From positions 614 through 64,613 of IMG/VR virus record IMGVR_UViG_2700988978_000001: DNA of 64,000 nt, one strand, 5' to 3'. This document shows positions 56,714-64,000 of this stretch, piece after piece (the stretch's first letter is position 1; each line of letters begins with the position of its first letter). The notes beneath the pieces were generated by a model, which searched no databases, had not been told where the DNA came from, and saw only the letters and a program-made list of their open reading frames with translations. The position numbers and the translations under genes were made by a program. The stretch is from a virus. Taxonomy: Duplodnaviria; Caudoviricetes.

Positions 56714-56880
56714 CCGACCCGAAGATCCGGCTGCTGTTCACCCGCGCCGAGCTGATCGCGATGGGCCGCTGCGAATTGTGTGGCTGGCACCCGAAAACCC
56801 AAGGCCATCACCCCGAATGCCCCACCTGGGACGAGGACGCCAATGCACCCGCAAGGCCTAACTTCCAGCCCCGACCATGA
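56710..56880 (+). CDS. Small Cys/His protein
   Basis: CELCGWHPKTQGHHPEC. Confidence 0.65.
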   Translation: MTDPKIRLLFTRAELIAMGRCELCGWHPKTQGHHPECPTWDEDANAPARPNFQPRP

Positions 56881-56909
56881 GCCACCAATTCCCATCAGGA
56901 GCCGAACCG

Positions 56910-57116
56910 ATGACGGAACGTCGTTGGGCGACCGAGCAGGAAGCCGCCGACTACGCACGCGTCAGCGGAAACACGTTACGCCGCTGGCGCGCCCAAGGCC
57001 GACTCACCGGCTACAAGGTCGGCCGCACCGTCCGCTACGACCTCGGCGAGATCGACGCCATGCTCACCGGCGCAACCACCGCTGAGACACCCGCCAACAA
57101 CGATGGAGGACGGTAA
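56910..57116 (+). CDS. MerR/excisionase-like HTH protein
   Basis: EAADYARVSGNTLRRW...VRYD. Confidence 0.8.
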   Translation: MTERRWATEQEAADYARVSGNTLRRWRAQGRLTGYKVGRTVRYDLGEIDAMLTGATTAETPANNDGGR

Positions 57117-57118
57117 CC

Positions 57119-57496
57119 GTGGGTCTGCCATGGGTCCGACTGGACACCCAATTCGCCTCCAACCCCAAGATTCTGGAGCTCGCCGCACGCAAAAAATGGC
57201 GCGCCGCGTTCGTCTACGTGGCCTCACTTGCCTACTGCGGACAGCACGGAACGGACGGATACATCCCCGCTACCGCGCTGCCGTTCATCCACGCGACCAA
57301 AGCCGACGCCACCGAACTCGTCGACGTTGGACTGTGGCACATCGCACCGGGAGGGTGGGAAATCAACGGGTGGCTGGAGTTCCAGCCGTCCGACGACGAG
57401 ACCCGTGAGCGCAGGTCAAGGCAAGAACTCGCGTCGAAGAAAGCCAACTGCGTCCGGTGGCACGGGAAGGAATGCGGATGCTGGCGAAACACCTAA
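57119..57496 (+). CDS. Replication-initiator-like protein (N-terminal domain type)
   Basis: WVRLD..F..NPKI...TDGYIP...LVDVGLW...W.EFQ. Confidence 0.65.
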   Translation: MGLPWVRLDTQFASNPKILELAARKKWRAAFVYVASLAYCGQHGTDGYIPATALPFIHATKADATELVDVGLWHIAPGGWEINGWLEFQPSDDETRERRSRQELASKKANCVRWHGKECGCWRNT

Positions 57497-57502
57497 CACG
57501 CA

Positions 57503-57575
57503 TCCGAATCGGAGTCCGATCGGAGATCCGAAACGGAGATCCGTTCAAGGACTCCCACGTACGTACGTACGGACT
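57503..57575. repeat. Iteron-like palindromes and ACGT repeats (candidate origin)
   Basis: TCCGAATCGGA, TCCGATCGGA, TCCGAAACGGA, then (ACGT)x3. Confidence 0.55.
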
Positions 57576-57746
57576 AACGGAGAACTACTTACCTCCGGAG
57601 CATGTACTCACGTTGAGCAACGCGCGCAGGGGGGGCAGCCCGAACACCCCGCATCCAAACCACATCCGGAGCCAAAAACCCGCACCCGCCGAACCGAAAT
57701 CCAGTTATCCACAGGCCACCCCACACCGGATCCACGCCATCACCCG

Positions 57747-57765
57747 CACCCACAGCTCGCAGAAT
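57747..57765 (+). promoter_or_regulatory. Late-promoter motif variant (CACCC-N8-CAGAAT), leaderless
   Basis: ATG 57773 lies 7 nt downstream. Confidence 0.6.
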
Positions 57766-57772
57766 CCCGCCC

Positions 57773-58072
57773 ATGCGCGACCCCCACGACCCCCACGCCG
57801 ACGAACGCCAAGCCGCAGGCCCCCGCCCCGACGAACTCTGGGCCGAACACCAAACACGCCTCGCCCGCGAACACCGCGCCCAAGCCATCGCCAACTGCCA
57901 CCTGTGCGACACCGACGGCTACCGCGGAACCACCGTCTGCAACCACACCGACAACGCCGCCACCGCACACCGAGGCATGAACCAAATCCGCCAAACCATG
58001 GGCTGGACCAACAGCAAGAATTTGAGCAATCAAAAACCCCTCCCCGGTACAAAGACCCTCGGGAACCCCTAA
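57773..58072 (+). CDS. Hypothetical Zn-binding protein
   Basis: AIANCHLCDTDGYR...CNH. Confidence 0.7.
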   Translation: MRDPHDPHADERQAAGPRPDELWAEHQTRLAREHRAQAIANCHLCDTDGYRGTTVCNHTDNAATAHRGMNQIRQTMGWTNSKNLSNQKPLPGTKTLGNP

Positions 58073-58176
58073 AAATCGCTCCACGGGCCAACCAGGCGGC
58101 AAAAACCACGCCTGTAACTCACCCACCAACTCCCGAAAGCACCCACACGAGACCGGACCGCAGTCCACACACCCAG

Positions 58177-58195
58177 CACCCACCAAGGACAAAAT
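58177..58195 (+). promoter_or_regulatory. Late-promoter motif variant (CACCC-N8-CAAAAT), leaderless
   Basis: ATG 58203 lies 7 nt downstream. Confidence 0.6.
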
Positions 58196-58202
58196 CCACA
58201 CC

Positions 58203-58688
58203 ATGCTCGGACCCAGCGGCAACAGAGCCCACACCAGAGCCCGCGCCGAACGCGCCTGGCGACTCCGAGTCCGAGGACGCACCTGGCAAGAAATCGCAGA
58301 CGAAGTCGGCTTCAAATCCCGCCACTCCGCCCAAAAAGCCGTCCGCACATTCCTCGAGCGCAACCCACCCGACGACATCGAAACCATGCGCCGCGCCGTC
58401 GGCCAAGTCATGGTCGAAACCATCGCCACCGTGCGCGAAAGCATGGAAGAGGCGCACGAGGCCGGCAAGCACCGCGACGTCGCCGAGCTCGGCAAGGTCA
58501 TCCTCGACGGCCTGGACAAGCGCGCCAAGCTCGAAGGGCTGTATGTGGCTGTGCCGCAGGTGGTCGACGTTCAGGTGACGCAGACCGTGGTGGAGATGAT
58601 CAGCGACACCCGCGCGAAGCTGCAGGCCGCGATCGACGCCGAGGTCGTGCCGCTACCCGACCAGCAGCAGGAGGCCATCGAGCGATGA
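58203..58688 (+). CDS. HTH protein, probable terminase small subunit
   Basis: AWRLRVRGRTWQEIADEVGF...DKRAKLEGL; late-promoter motif upstream. Confidence 0.6.
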   Translation: MLGPSGNRAHTRARAERAWRLRVRGRTWQEIADEVGFKSRHSAQKAVRTFLERNPPDDIETMRRAVGQVMVETIATVRESMEEAHEAGKHRDVAELGKVILDGLDKRAKLEGLYVAVPQVVDVQVTQTVVEMISDTRAKLQAAIDAEVVPLPDQQQEAIER

Positions 58689-59041
58689 CGAGCGCTGAGC
58701 AGATCAAGGCCGCGAAGAAGGCTGGTGTCGACGCGGCCATGTCGGTGGCTGAGGACATCGCGACCGGCAAGCTCGCTGTCGACCAGCTCGACGCCGCGGC
58801 GGCCGCAGAAGCCCGCGCCCTCTTCGGCCGGGTCGAGGGACCGGACGATCCGCTGTGGGAGCTGCACGTCGACGTCGCACGGCAGGTGTTGGCGGTCGGT
58901 GGTGGCATCCCGGCGCGCGAGCTGGCGGAGTGGGCTGAGGTCGAGCGCCGCGCTGAGGGTGGCAGCGATGAGGGGCCGGCGCGGTCGTGGATCGAGGACG
59001 CGCTGGCGCAGTGGGCCGACGACGAGTCCGACGAGGCCTGA
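58685..59041 (+). CDS. Hypothetical protein coupled to the terS-like gene
   Basis: ATGA overlap; GPDDPLWELH motif. Confidence 0.7.
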   Translation: MTSAEQIKAAKKAGVDAAMSVAEDIATGKLAVDQLDAAAAAEARALFGRVEGPDDPLWELHVDVARQVLAVGGGIPARELAEWAEVERRAEGGSDEGPARSWIEDALAQWADDESDEA

Positions 59042-59088
59042 GGCGGTGCGGATGGTGCCCGCGCCGGAGGACGACTCGGGCTGGTGAC

Positions 59089-59214
59089 TGTCTCGAAACT
59101 AGGGAACTGAGACACCCGCAGTTCGATTAGCCTGCTGCTTGTGTTTCCCCTGGTCGGGTGTCTCGAAACTAGTCGCGTATCGATATTGTGTACCGAAATG
59201 TTTCGAGATAAGCT
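59089..59214. promoter_or_regulatory. res-like site with overlapping SigA promoter
   Basis: TGTCTCGAAACTAG at 59089 and 59159; inverted half-sites at 59108 and 59201; TTGTGT-N17-TAAGCT. Confidence 0.7.
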
Positions 59215-59220
59215 TGAGCT

Positions 59221-59379
59221 ATGGCAACAGTCCAACTTCCCCGCCTCGGCGAGCGCGTCCATGACCGGCGGTCCGGAACCGAGGGCGTGCTCCTCAACGA
59301 GCGCACCGCACCCGTCGCGATCGTCCAGTACGACAACCTGCCCGAACCCACCTGGGCCGACTGGAAAGACATCGCGTGA
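59221..59379 (+). CDS. Small leaderless protein (52 aa; not in the ORF track)
   Basis: MATVQLPRLGERVHDRRSGTEGVLL...; ATG 6 nt after the -10 hexamer. Confidence 0.55.
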   Translation: MATVQLPRLGERVHDRRSGTEGVLLNERTAPVAIVQYDNLPEPTWADWKDIA

Positions 59380-59493
59380 CCAGTTCCGGGGGGTTTCCGT
59401 TTCGCGCTGGCCCGCGCCGGCTGCGGGAGGCGCCGGAGTATTGCCTCGCGCGCGCGGGTGTGTCTGGTGGCGATCTTGATTGGGGGTGGGGCG

Positions 59494-60075
59494 GTGAGTG
59501 AGGGTCAGTTGTTGGGGTATGCGCGGGTGTCGACGGATCATCAGTCGCTCGACCAGCAGACCGACGCTCTCACCGCGGCTGGCGTGGATGTGGGGAGGGT
59601 CTACAGCGACAGGTTCACTGGGGCGTCGACGAGTGAGCAGCGGCCGGGTCTGGCCGCTCTGCTCGATTACGCCCGTGAGGGCGACGTGATCGTGGTGGTC
59701 GGGATTGATCGGTTGGGTCGTAACGCCGCCGAGGTGATGCTCACGATTCGTGATCTCGGGCAGCGGGGCATTGTGCTGCGGTCATTGCGGGAGGGGATTG
59801 ATACCAGTAACGCGACGGGCCGCATGATCGCTGGTGTGTTGGCGTCGTTGGCTGAGTTGGAGTTGGAGTTGCAGCGGGAGCGTCGTGCGGCGGCGATCGC
59901 GGCGCGTAAGGCCCGCAATATTCCGGTTGGTCGGCCGCGGGTGTTGCGGCCGGATCAGGTGGCGTTGGCGAAGCGGATGCGGGATGCGGGGGAGCCTGTG
60001 CCGGTGATTGCGGAGACGTTGGGGGTTTCGCGTGCGACGCTGTACCGGACCCTCGCCGAGGACGGCAGCAAGTGA
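59494..60075 (+). CDS. Small serine recombinase (resolvase/invertase)
   Basis: GYARVST..QSLDQQ, RPGL, DRLGR, C-terminal GVSRATLYR HTH. Confidence 0.95.
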   Translation: MSEGQLLGYARVSTDHQSLDQQTDALTAAGVDVGRVYSDRFTGASTSEQRPGLAALLDYAREGDVIVVVGIDRLGRNAAEVMLTIRDLGQRGIVLRSLREGIDTSNATGRMIAGVLASLAELELELQRERRAAAIAARKARNIPVGRPRVLRPDQVALAKRMRDAGEPVPVIAETLGVSRATLYRTLAEDGSK

Positions 60076-60145
60076 CCGGCAGCCAGTTCTGCGACCAGTT
60101 GGTTGCCGAGCTGCGGGCGCGTAGCTGGCGGATAGGGTGATTGGC

Positions 60146-60658
60146 ATGGGCGTCCCAACACACGTGATGGTGTTTTCCAGCGGCACCGCATCGACGAAGG
60201 GTGGCGGTTCTAGTCGGTTGCAGTTCGTCAGTCCGCTACGCCGGTTGAATGGTGGAGAGCGCTGGTTCTTGCTGTTCTACCCGCTTCCGCCCGGTAAGCG
60301 CTACGAAGAGGTTCGCAACGAGGCGACCGAACAGTACATCCAGGCTGCCGGAAGCGCAGAAGCCATGGTGCTGGAGATCCGCAAGCCTGGGGGCGAACAG
60401 TGGGGCGCAGACTGGGTCCGCTACGTCATCGGACATCAGCATGAGGGAACCCCGCCGCTCGACGTGCCGATCGAGCTGCCTAAGTCCACCGAGATGGTCA
60501 GCCGCCCTGAGGTATTCGAGGCTGAGGAGGCGGGGGACATCTTTTTCGCGTACTACAAGACCGGCGACATCCCACCCGGATACATGTTGCGCCCAGTCGA
60601 GGGCTACACGAGCGGCGGCGATCTCATCGACCTGCGTGGCGCTGCCGCGCAGCCCTAG
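60146..60658 (+). CDS. Putative polymorphic-toxin immunity protein
   Basis: YIQAAG...EVFEAEEA..F..YYKTGDIP motif; abuts the toxin; TAGGGT 7 nt before ATG. Confidence 0.6.
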   Translation: MGVPTHVMVFSSGTASTKGGGSSRLQFVSPLRRLNGGERWFLLFYPLPPGKRYEEVRNEATEQYIQAAGSAEAMVLEIRKPGGEQWGADWVRYVIGHQHEGTPPLDVPIELPKSTEMVSRPEVFEAEEAGDIFFAYYKTGDIPPGYMLRPVEGYTSGGDLIDLRGAAAQP

Positions 60659-62070
60659 GCGGTACTGCTCGGGTCGATCTTGCCCTCCCGCTGCATCTGT
60701 TCGAGGATTGCCTGCCCCGCAACTCGCAGAGCGGGATCGTCGCTGCTGATCATTTCCTGAGGGGTGAGCTGCGTGCCCCACCCCGGGTAATTGGGAGCAT
60801 TCGCCGGCGCGGGGCCCACAGGAACCGTGCCCTCGGCGTGCACGCCACCGAATCCGCCGGCGCCGGGGTCAGTGAGTCCAGGCGGTAGGGACGGGCCCGG
60901 AACCTTCGCTTCGGCACCGCCTGAATCGGTGGGTGCGTCCGACTCTGCAGGCGCTTCGTCCCATCCTTCCGGCGGGTACACCACGTCGGTGTCGACGATC
61001 CTGATCTCGCGCCCGTCCAGGGTCGCTGTTGCCGGTCGCTCCGGGGTGACCGCGTCATCGAACCGCTCTTGGTCGGATCTGTGCGCATTCTCGTTGGTCT
61101 TCGCCTCGATGCCGATGTATTCGTCGGGGTTGTCGGTGGGCTCGAGGGCGTCGTAGTAGCGCTGTTGGGGCTTGCCGGTCTTGGGGTTGGTCACGTCGGG
61201 ATGTGTGGCTCGGACCTGTCGCCGTTCGAGGGGGATGCCGGTTTCATCCTCGCGGTTGTCGAGGGCTGCTTTCTCGGCGGCCTTGCCGTCGACGGTGTTT
61301 CCGTCGCTGTAGGTGCCGTCCTTGTTCCGGTTGGGGTAGTCAGGGTGCGGGGACTTCGGTCCGTCGTCGACGGGGGAGTCGGCGCCGCCCTGGTCGGTGT
61401 TGTCGGTGTCGGGATCGGTGGCGTCGCCTGTGCCTTCGTTGGGCTCGGTTTCGGTTTCGGTGTCGGGGTTTTCGGTCTCGTTGTCGACGAGCTGCACGGT
61501 GCTGTCGCGGCCCTGGCTCTCGCCGTCGAAGCGGATTCCCTCCAGCTCAGCGGCTTTCTCCTGAAGTCGCTGAGCGATGAGGTTGTCGGCTTGGATGAGT
61601 CGGTCGGCGTACCAGCGGATGTCCTCGGCATGTTCGATGGCAGCGGTTTGTCTGGCAGCCATGGTCTCTAGGTCGGTCGCGCGTGTGTCGGTGACCGTGA
61701 GGTCTTCTGCGACGCTGAACCCGTCGTTTTCTGCTTCGGTGATCGCGGCGAGCACGTCGCGTTTGGCGGCCCGCACGTCGTGGGCTCCGTTCTCGGCGAT
61801 GTTGGCGGCCTCGTCTTGAACGGTGGTTTGCCGGCGTACCACTGCGGTGTCGGCTGTCACTCTGTCGAGGGCGGCGTCTTTGGCGTCGCCTTCCCAGGTC
61901 GTTCCGCCGGGAGCGGCGATGTTCTGACGGTGTTCGTCGAACAGAGTGACGGACTGGGCACCCATGCGCCGCAGTTGTGCGGCTGCATCTTCGAGGTGTT
62001 GGGTCGGCCACTGCTCGATCTCCGAGCGGCTGGGCAGTGCGCCGCCGAGGTCTGAGGGCGCAGGGGTCAC
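60655..62070 (-). CDS. Putative ESX-secreted polymorphic toxin (WXG-like N-terminus, PD-(D/E)xK-like domain)
   Basis: HLEDAA...WEGDAKDAA helical N-terminus, VQLVD linker, RYYD...IGIEAK...Q..FD. Confidence 0.7.
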   Translation of the reverse strand: MTPAPSDLGGALPSRSEIEQWPTQHLEDAAAQLRRMGAQSVTLFDEHRQNIAAPGGTTWEGDAKDAALDRVTADTAVVRRQTTVQDEAANIAENGAHDVRAAKRDVLAAITEAENDGFSVAEDLTVTDTRATDLETMAARQTAAIEHAEDIRWYADRLIQADNLIAQRLQEKAAELEGIRFDGESQGRDSTVQLVDNETENPDTETETEPNEGTGDATDPDTDNTDQGGADSPVDDGPKSPHPDYPNRNKDGTYSDGNTVDGKAAEKAALDNREDETGIPLERRQVRATHPDVTNPKTGKPQQRYYDALEPTDNPDEYIGIEAKTNENAHRSDQERFDDAVTPERPATATLDGREIRIVDTDVVYPPEGWDEAPAESDAPTDSGGAEAKVPGPSLPPGLTDPGAGGFGGVHAEGTVPVGPAPANAPNYPGWGTQLTPQEMISSDDPALRVAGQAILEQMQREGKIDPSSTA

Positions 62071-62345
62071 ACGCTCACCGTGGTGATGGCGTCTGCCTCG
62101 CCGGAGTCGGTCGTGTCGTAGCGGGCACCGCTCACTGTGAGGTTGTTGGCCTGGCCGTTGATTCGGGCGGCCTGGCGGGTGCGGACCGACTGGGCTGCGG
62201 CTAGGACCGCGGCGACGCCGGCGTGGCTTGGGGTCGTGCCGCGTGCGCTGTCTGTCGTGGCGCTGGCCAACTCGGTGGCCGTGACATCACTGCTGGTGGC
62301 CGCTGCTCGCAGCCCGGCCGTATCGACTTCTAGTCCGTTTGCCAT
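62067..62345 (-). CDS. Small type VII secretion partner (WXG100/EspF-like)
   Basis: LEVDTAGLRAAA...YDTTD (YxxxD signal); GTGA overlap with the toxin. Confidence 0.75.
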   Translation of the reverse strand: MANGLEVDTAGLRAAATSSDVTATELASATTDSARGTTPSHAGVAAVLAAAQSVRTRQAARINGQANNLTVSGARYDTTDSGEADAITTVSV

Positions 62346-62503
62346 GCCAATCCCCCAACCGGCAATCTCCTGGTTGTGAGCGTACCTCAGCGTTGCTGAG
62401 CGACGTGACGCGAGAATATGCGACATGGCCGCCAATTCGGGCTGGTCAGCCGCGCCTCGAGTTCTCGTCTGCCGTTTGGTGGTCTTGGCCGGCGTTGCGC
62501 GAG

Positions 62504-62588
62504 GCGTTGGCGGAGTTTGAGCGGTCGATGATTCGGGAGCGTCAGCGTGAGGGGATTGCGTTGGCGAAGGCGCGTGGTGTGTGTACTG
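62504..62588 (+). pseudogene. Fragment of a second serine resolvase
   Basis: ALAEFERSMIRERQREGIALAKARGV (helix E); no catalytic domain. Confidence 0.8.
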
Positions 62589-62645
62589 ACCTGATCTGTC
62601 CCGTTTGACCCACGAACATCGTGAACGCGGGCAGAATTGCACTCT

Positions 62646-62915
62646 GTGACAGAGCCGAAAACGATTCGTCGGTATACGACTCGTGCATTGCTTGACGTCG
62701 GACCTCAACCAGGAATGGTCATCCGCGCCTCCGACGACGATGCTGCTCCGTGGAAGCTAGTCGACACTCTCCACGACGAATGGTTTTGGGACACAACTCC
62801 CGGCCAGGATCCGGTCAGGGTTGACGGCGTCAGCGTCGAGTTCACGGACGGAACTACGCGATTCCTCGGCGGGGATGCCAACGAGGTTGAGGTTGGATTC
62901 TCCGAACCGGAGTGA
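62646..62915 (+). CDS. Hypothetical protein
   Basis: 89-aa acidic ORF. Confidence 0.55.
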   Translation: MTEPKTIRRYTTRALLDVGPQPGMVIRASDDDAAPWKLVDTLHDEWFWDTTPGQDPVRVDGVSVEFTDGTTRFLGGDANEVEVGFSEPE

Positions 62916-63014
62916 TCCGCCCCACGGTATTGACGTTCGTGTCATGCAGTCGCGTAAGGCGGGCTACCGTTACGCCGCTCCGGCACGGTGCTGGGGCGGG
63001 AAAGGGGATCACGC

Positions 63015-63191
63015 ATGACGTCGACGAATGACCAGTTTCGCATCACGGCGCTGGTCGAAGCGAACAAGTGGGCGGGTGCTCGCGCTGGTCTGAATCAGCA
63101 TCCTGGGACTGGGAACGTTGTGGAGGCAGCCGAGACGTTCCTGAAGTTCCTCAAGGGTGAGCCGGCGGCGAACGGCGGCGCTGCGGAGTAG
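63015..63191 (+). CDS. Small hypothetical protein
   Basis: AAGGGG RBS; VVEAAETFLKFL helix. Confidence 0.6.
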   Translation: MTSTNDQFRITALVEANKWAGARAGLNQHPGTGNVVEAAETFLKFLKGEPAANGGAAE

Positions 63192-63207
63192 CCCAAAAGG
63201 CAGCTGT

Positions 63208-63242
63208 CGACCACCCAGGCTGAGGTTTAGCCCGGGTGGTCG
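63208..63242. terminator. Hairpin between convergent genes
   Basis: CGACCACCC-AGGCTGA / TTAGCC-CGGGTGGTCG. Confidence 0.6.
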
Positions 63243-63258
63243 CTTGCTGTTATCGGCG

Positions 63259-63558
63259 TCAGCCGACGGGGTGGTGTTCGAAGTATTCGATGAGCGCGGT
63301 CCGCACCAGTTCGGATTCCGAGCTGACGGTGCCGGCCTGGACGTACTGCTTCATGACGTCGCGGATTGACGCGGGGAGTCGGACGGGCAGCGCGGGGGTT
63401 TTTCCTGCGCTTTCGGTGTCTCTGGTGGGGCGGCCCATGCGGAGTGCGGCGGGTCCGGGTTCGATGCGGATTGCTTCGTCGGCGCGGGGTGGTTCGTCGG
63501 CGTAGCTGCGGGCCATGTCTTCGTAGTCGGCGGGGGTGGGCTTGCGCTTGGTGGTCAT
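63259..63558 (-). CDS. Ribbon-helix-helix antitoxin-like protein
   Basis: GRP...LPVRLP...SELVRTALIEY; AGAGGA RBS. Confidence 0.75.
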   Translation of the reverse strand: MTTKRKPTPADYEDMARSYADEPPRADEAIRIEPGPAALRMGRPTRDTESAGKTPALPVRLPASIRDVMKQYVQAGTVSSESELVRTALIEYFEHHPVG

Positions 63559-63596
63559 GGGTCTGGTTCCTCTGCGTGTGTGTGTTTGTGTGGGGG

Positions 63597-63917
63597 TTAC
63601 CGGCGGGGGCCGGTGTAGCGGCGTTGGGGTGCGTAGTCGGGGGTGATGTAGCGCTCGAGGTTGTGCTCGGCGACGACAACGGGGCGGAGCATCATGGCGT
63701 GGAAGACGGTGGCGACGGTGGGGTCGATGAGGTCGGCGATTACCTCCAGGTGGGGTTCGTTGTCGGCGGGGCGGCCGACGTGGAGGACGGGCGCGGTGGC
63801 GATGTCGGTGCGGCGAGGGGTGAGGATGATGCGGGCGGCGGGGTAGGCGAGGACGGCGCGGATCTCGGTGGCGGTGATGCTGTGCCAGGTGGCCGGGGGG
63901 AGGATCTCGATCCGCAT
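63597..63917 (-). CDS. BrnT/RelE-like toxin
   Basis: HSI...I..V...LHVG...LEV...VFHAM.LR; toxin-first order. Confidence 0.65.
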   Translation of the reverse strand: MRIEILPPATWHSITATEIRAVLAYPAARIILTPRRTDIATAPVLHVGRPADNEPHLEVIADLIDPTVATVFHAMMLRPVVVAEHNLERYITPDYAPQRRYTGPRR

Positions 63918-63923
63918 GCCCTA

Positions 63924-63960
63924 AGTGTAATACACATACCAAGAAAGTGCAATACACTTT
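63924..63960 (-). promoter_or_regulatory. Leaderless TA promoter with two palindromic operators
   Basis: TTGCAC-N17-TACACT-N6-ATG; GTGTAATACAC and AAAGTGCAATACACTTT overlap the -10 and -35. Confidence 0.8.
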
Positions 63961-63976
63961 TTGATGTTGGGCTGCA

Positions 63977-63995
63977 CACCCCGCGCGTACACCGT
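63977..63995 (+). promoter_or_regulatory. Late-promoter motif variant (CACCC-N8-CACCGT)
   Basis: Same geometry; predicted start lies just beyond the window end. Confidence 0.5.
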
Positions 63996-64000
63996 CAGAC

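Noticed and set aside
62611-62626. LexA SOS box at CGAACATCGTGAAC
   Set aside because: The second half-site is not GTTCG.

Overview
This window is nearly a whole genome of a temperate siphoviral actinobacteriophage, high in GC and mycobacteriophage-like. It is in the un-integrated form, because an intact attP lies internally at about 39985-40245 with phage genes on both sides. The left arm (1-37256) holds cluster-B-like virion genes: terminase, portal, MuF-protease fusion, separate hexamer and pentamer capsid proteins, a membrane/holin cluster, tail tube, neck, tape measure, minor tails, lysin A and lysin B. The centre (37374-43950) holds an adenine MTase-Mrr fusion, a 550-bp hairpin array, a tRNA-Tyr-type attP, a tyrosine integrase, an ImmA peptidase, DUF3800, the repressor and Cro. 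The right arm holds an antirepressor, WhiB, RecE/RecT, a DUF2303 pair, HNH genes, a C5 MTase, a replication protein and a terS-like pair. It ends in an accessory island: res site, serine resolvase, WXG/toxin/immunity cassette and a TA pair. From memory the layout resembles the singleton phage Dori; this was not verified. All product calls come from motif recognition and synteny, with no database searches. The most notable signals read directly from the sequence are: (1) a promoter-driven tandem-repeat small RNA convergent on the DUF3800 gene, a candidate RNA-protein system; (2) 16 copies of a fixed-geometry late promoter, CAC[CG][CG]-N8-[TC]ANNNT-N6/7-start, mostly leaderless; (3) an array of -10/hairpin units with C-rich loops; (4) a PafBC-type DNA-damage promoter on the immA-int operon; (5) a convergent toxin/immunity cassette whose two start codons sit in a 14/15-bp inverted repeat next to a serine recombinase; (6) candidate frameshifts in the tail tube gene and in a small reverse gene.
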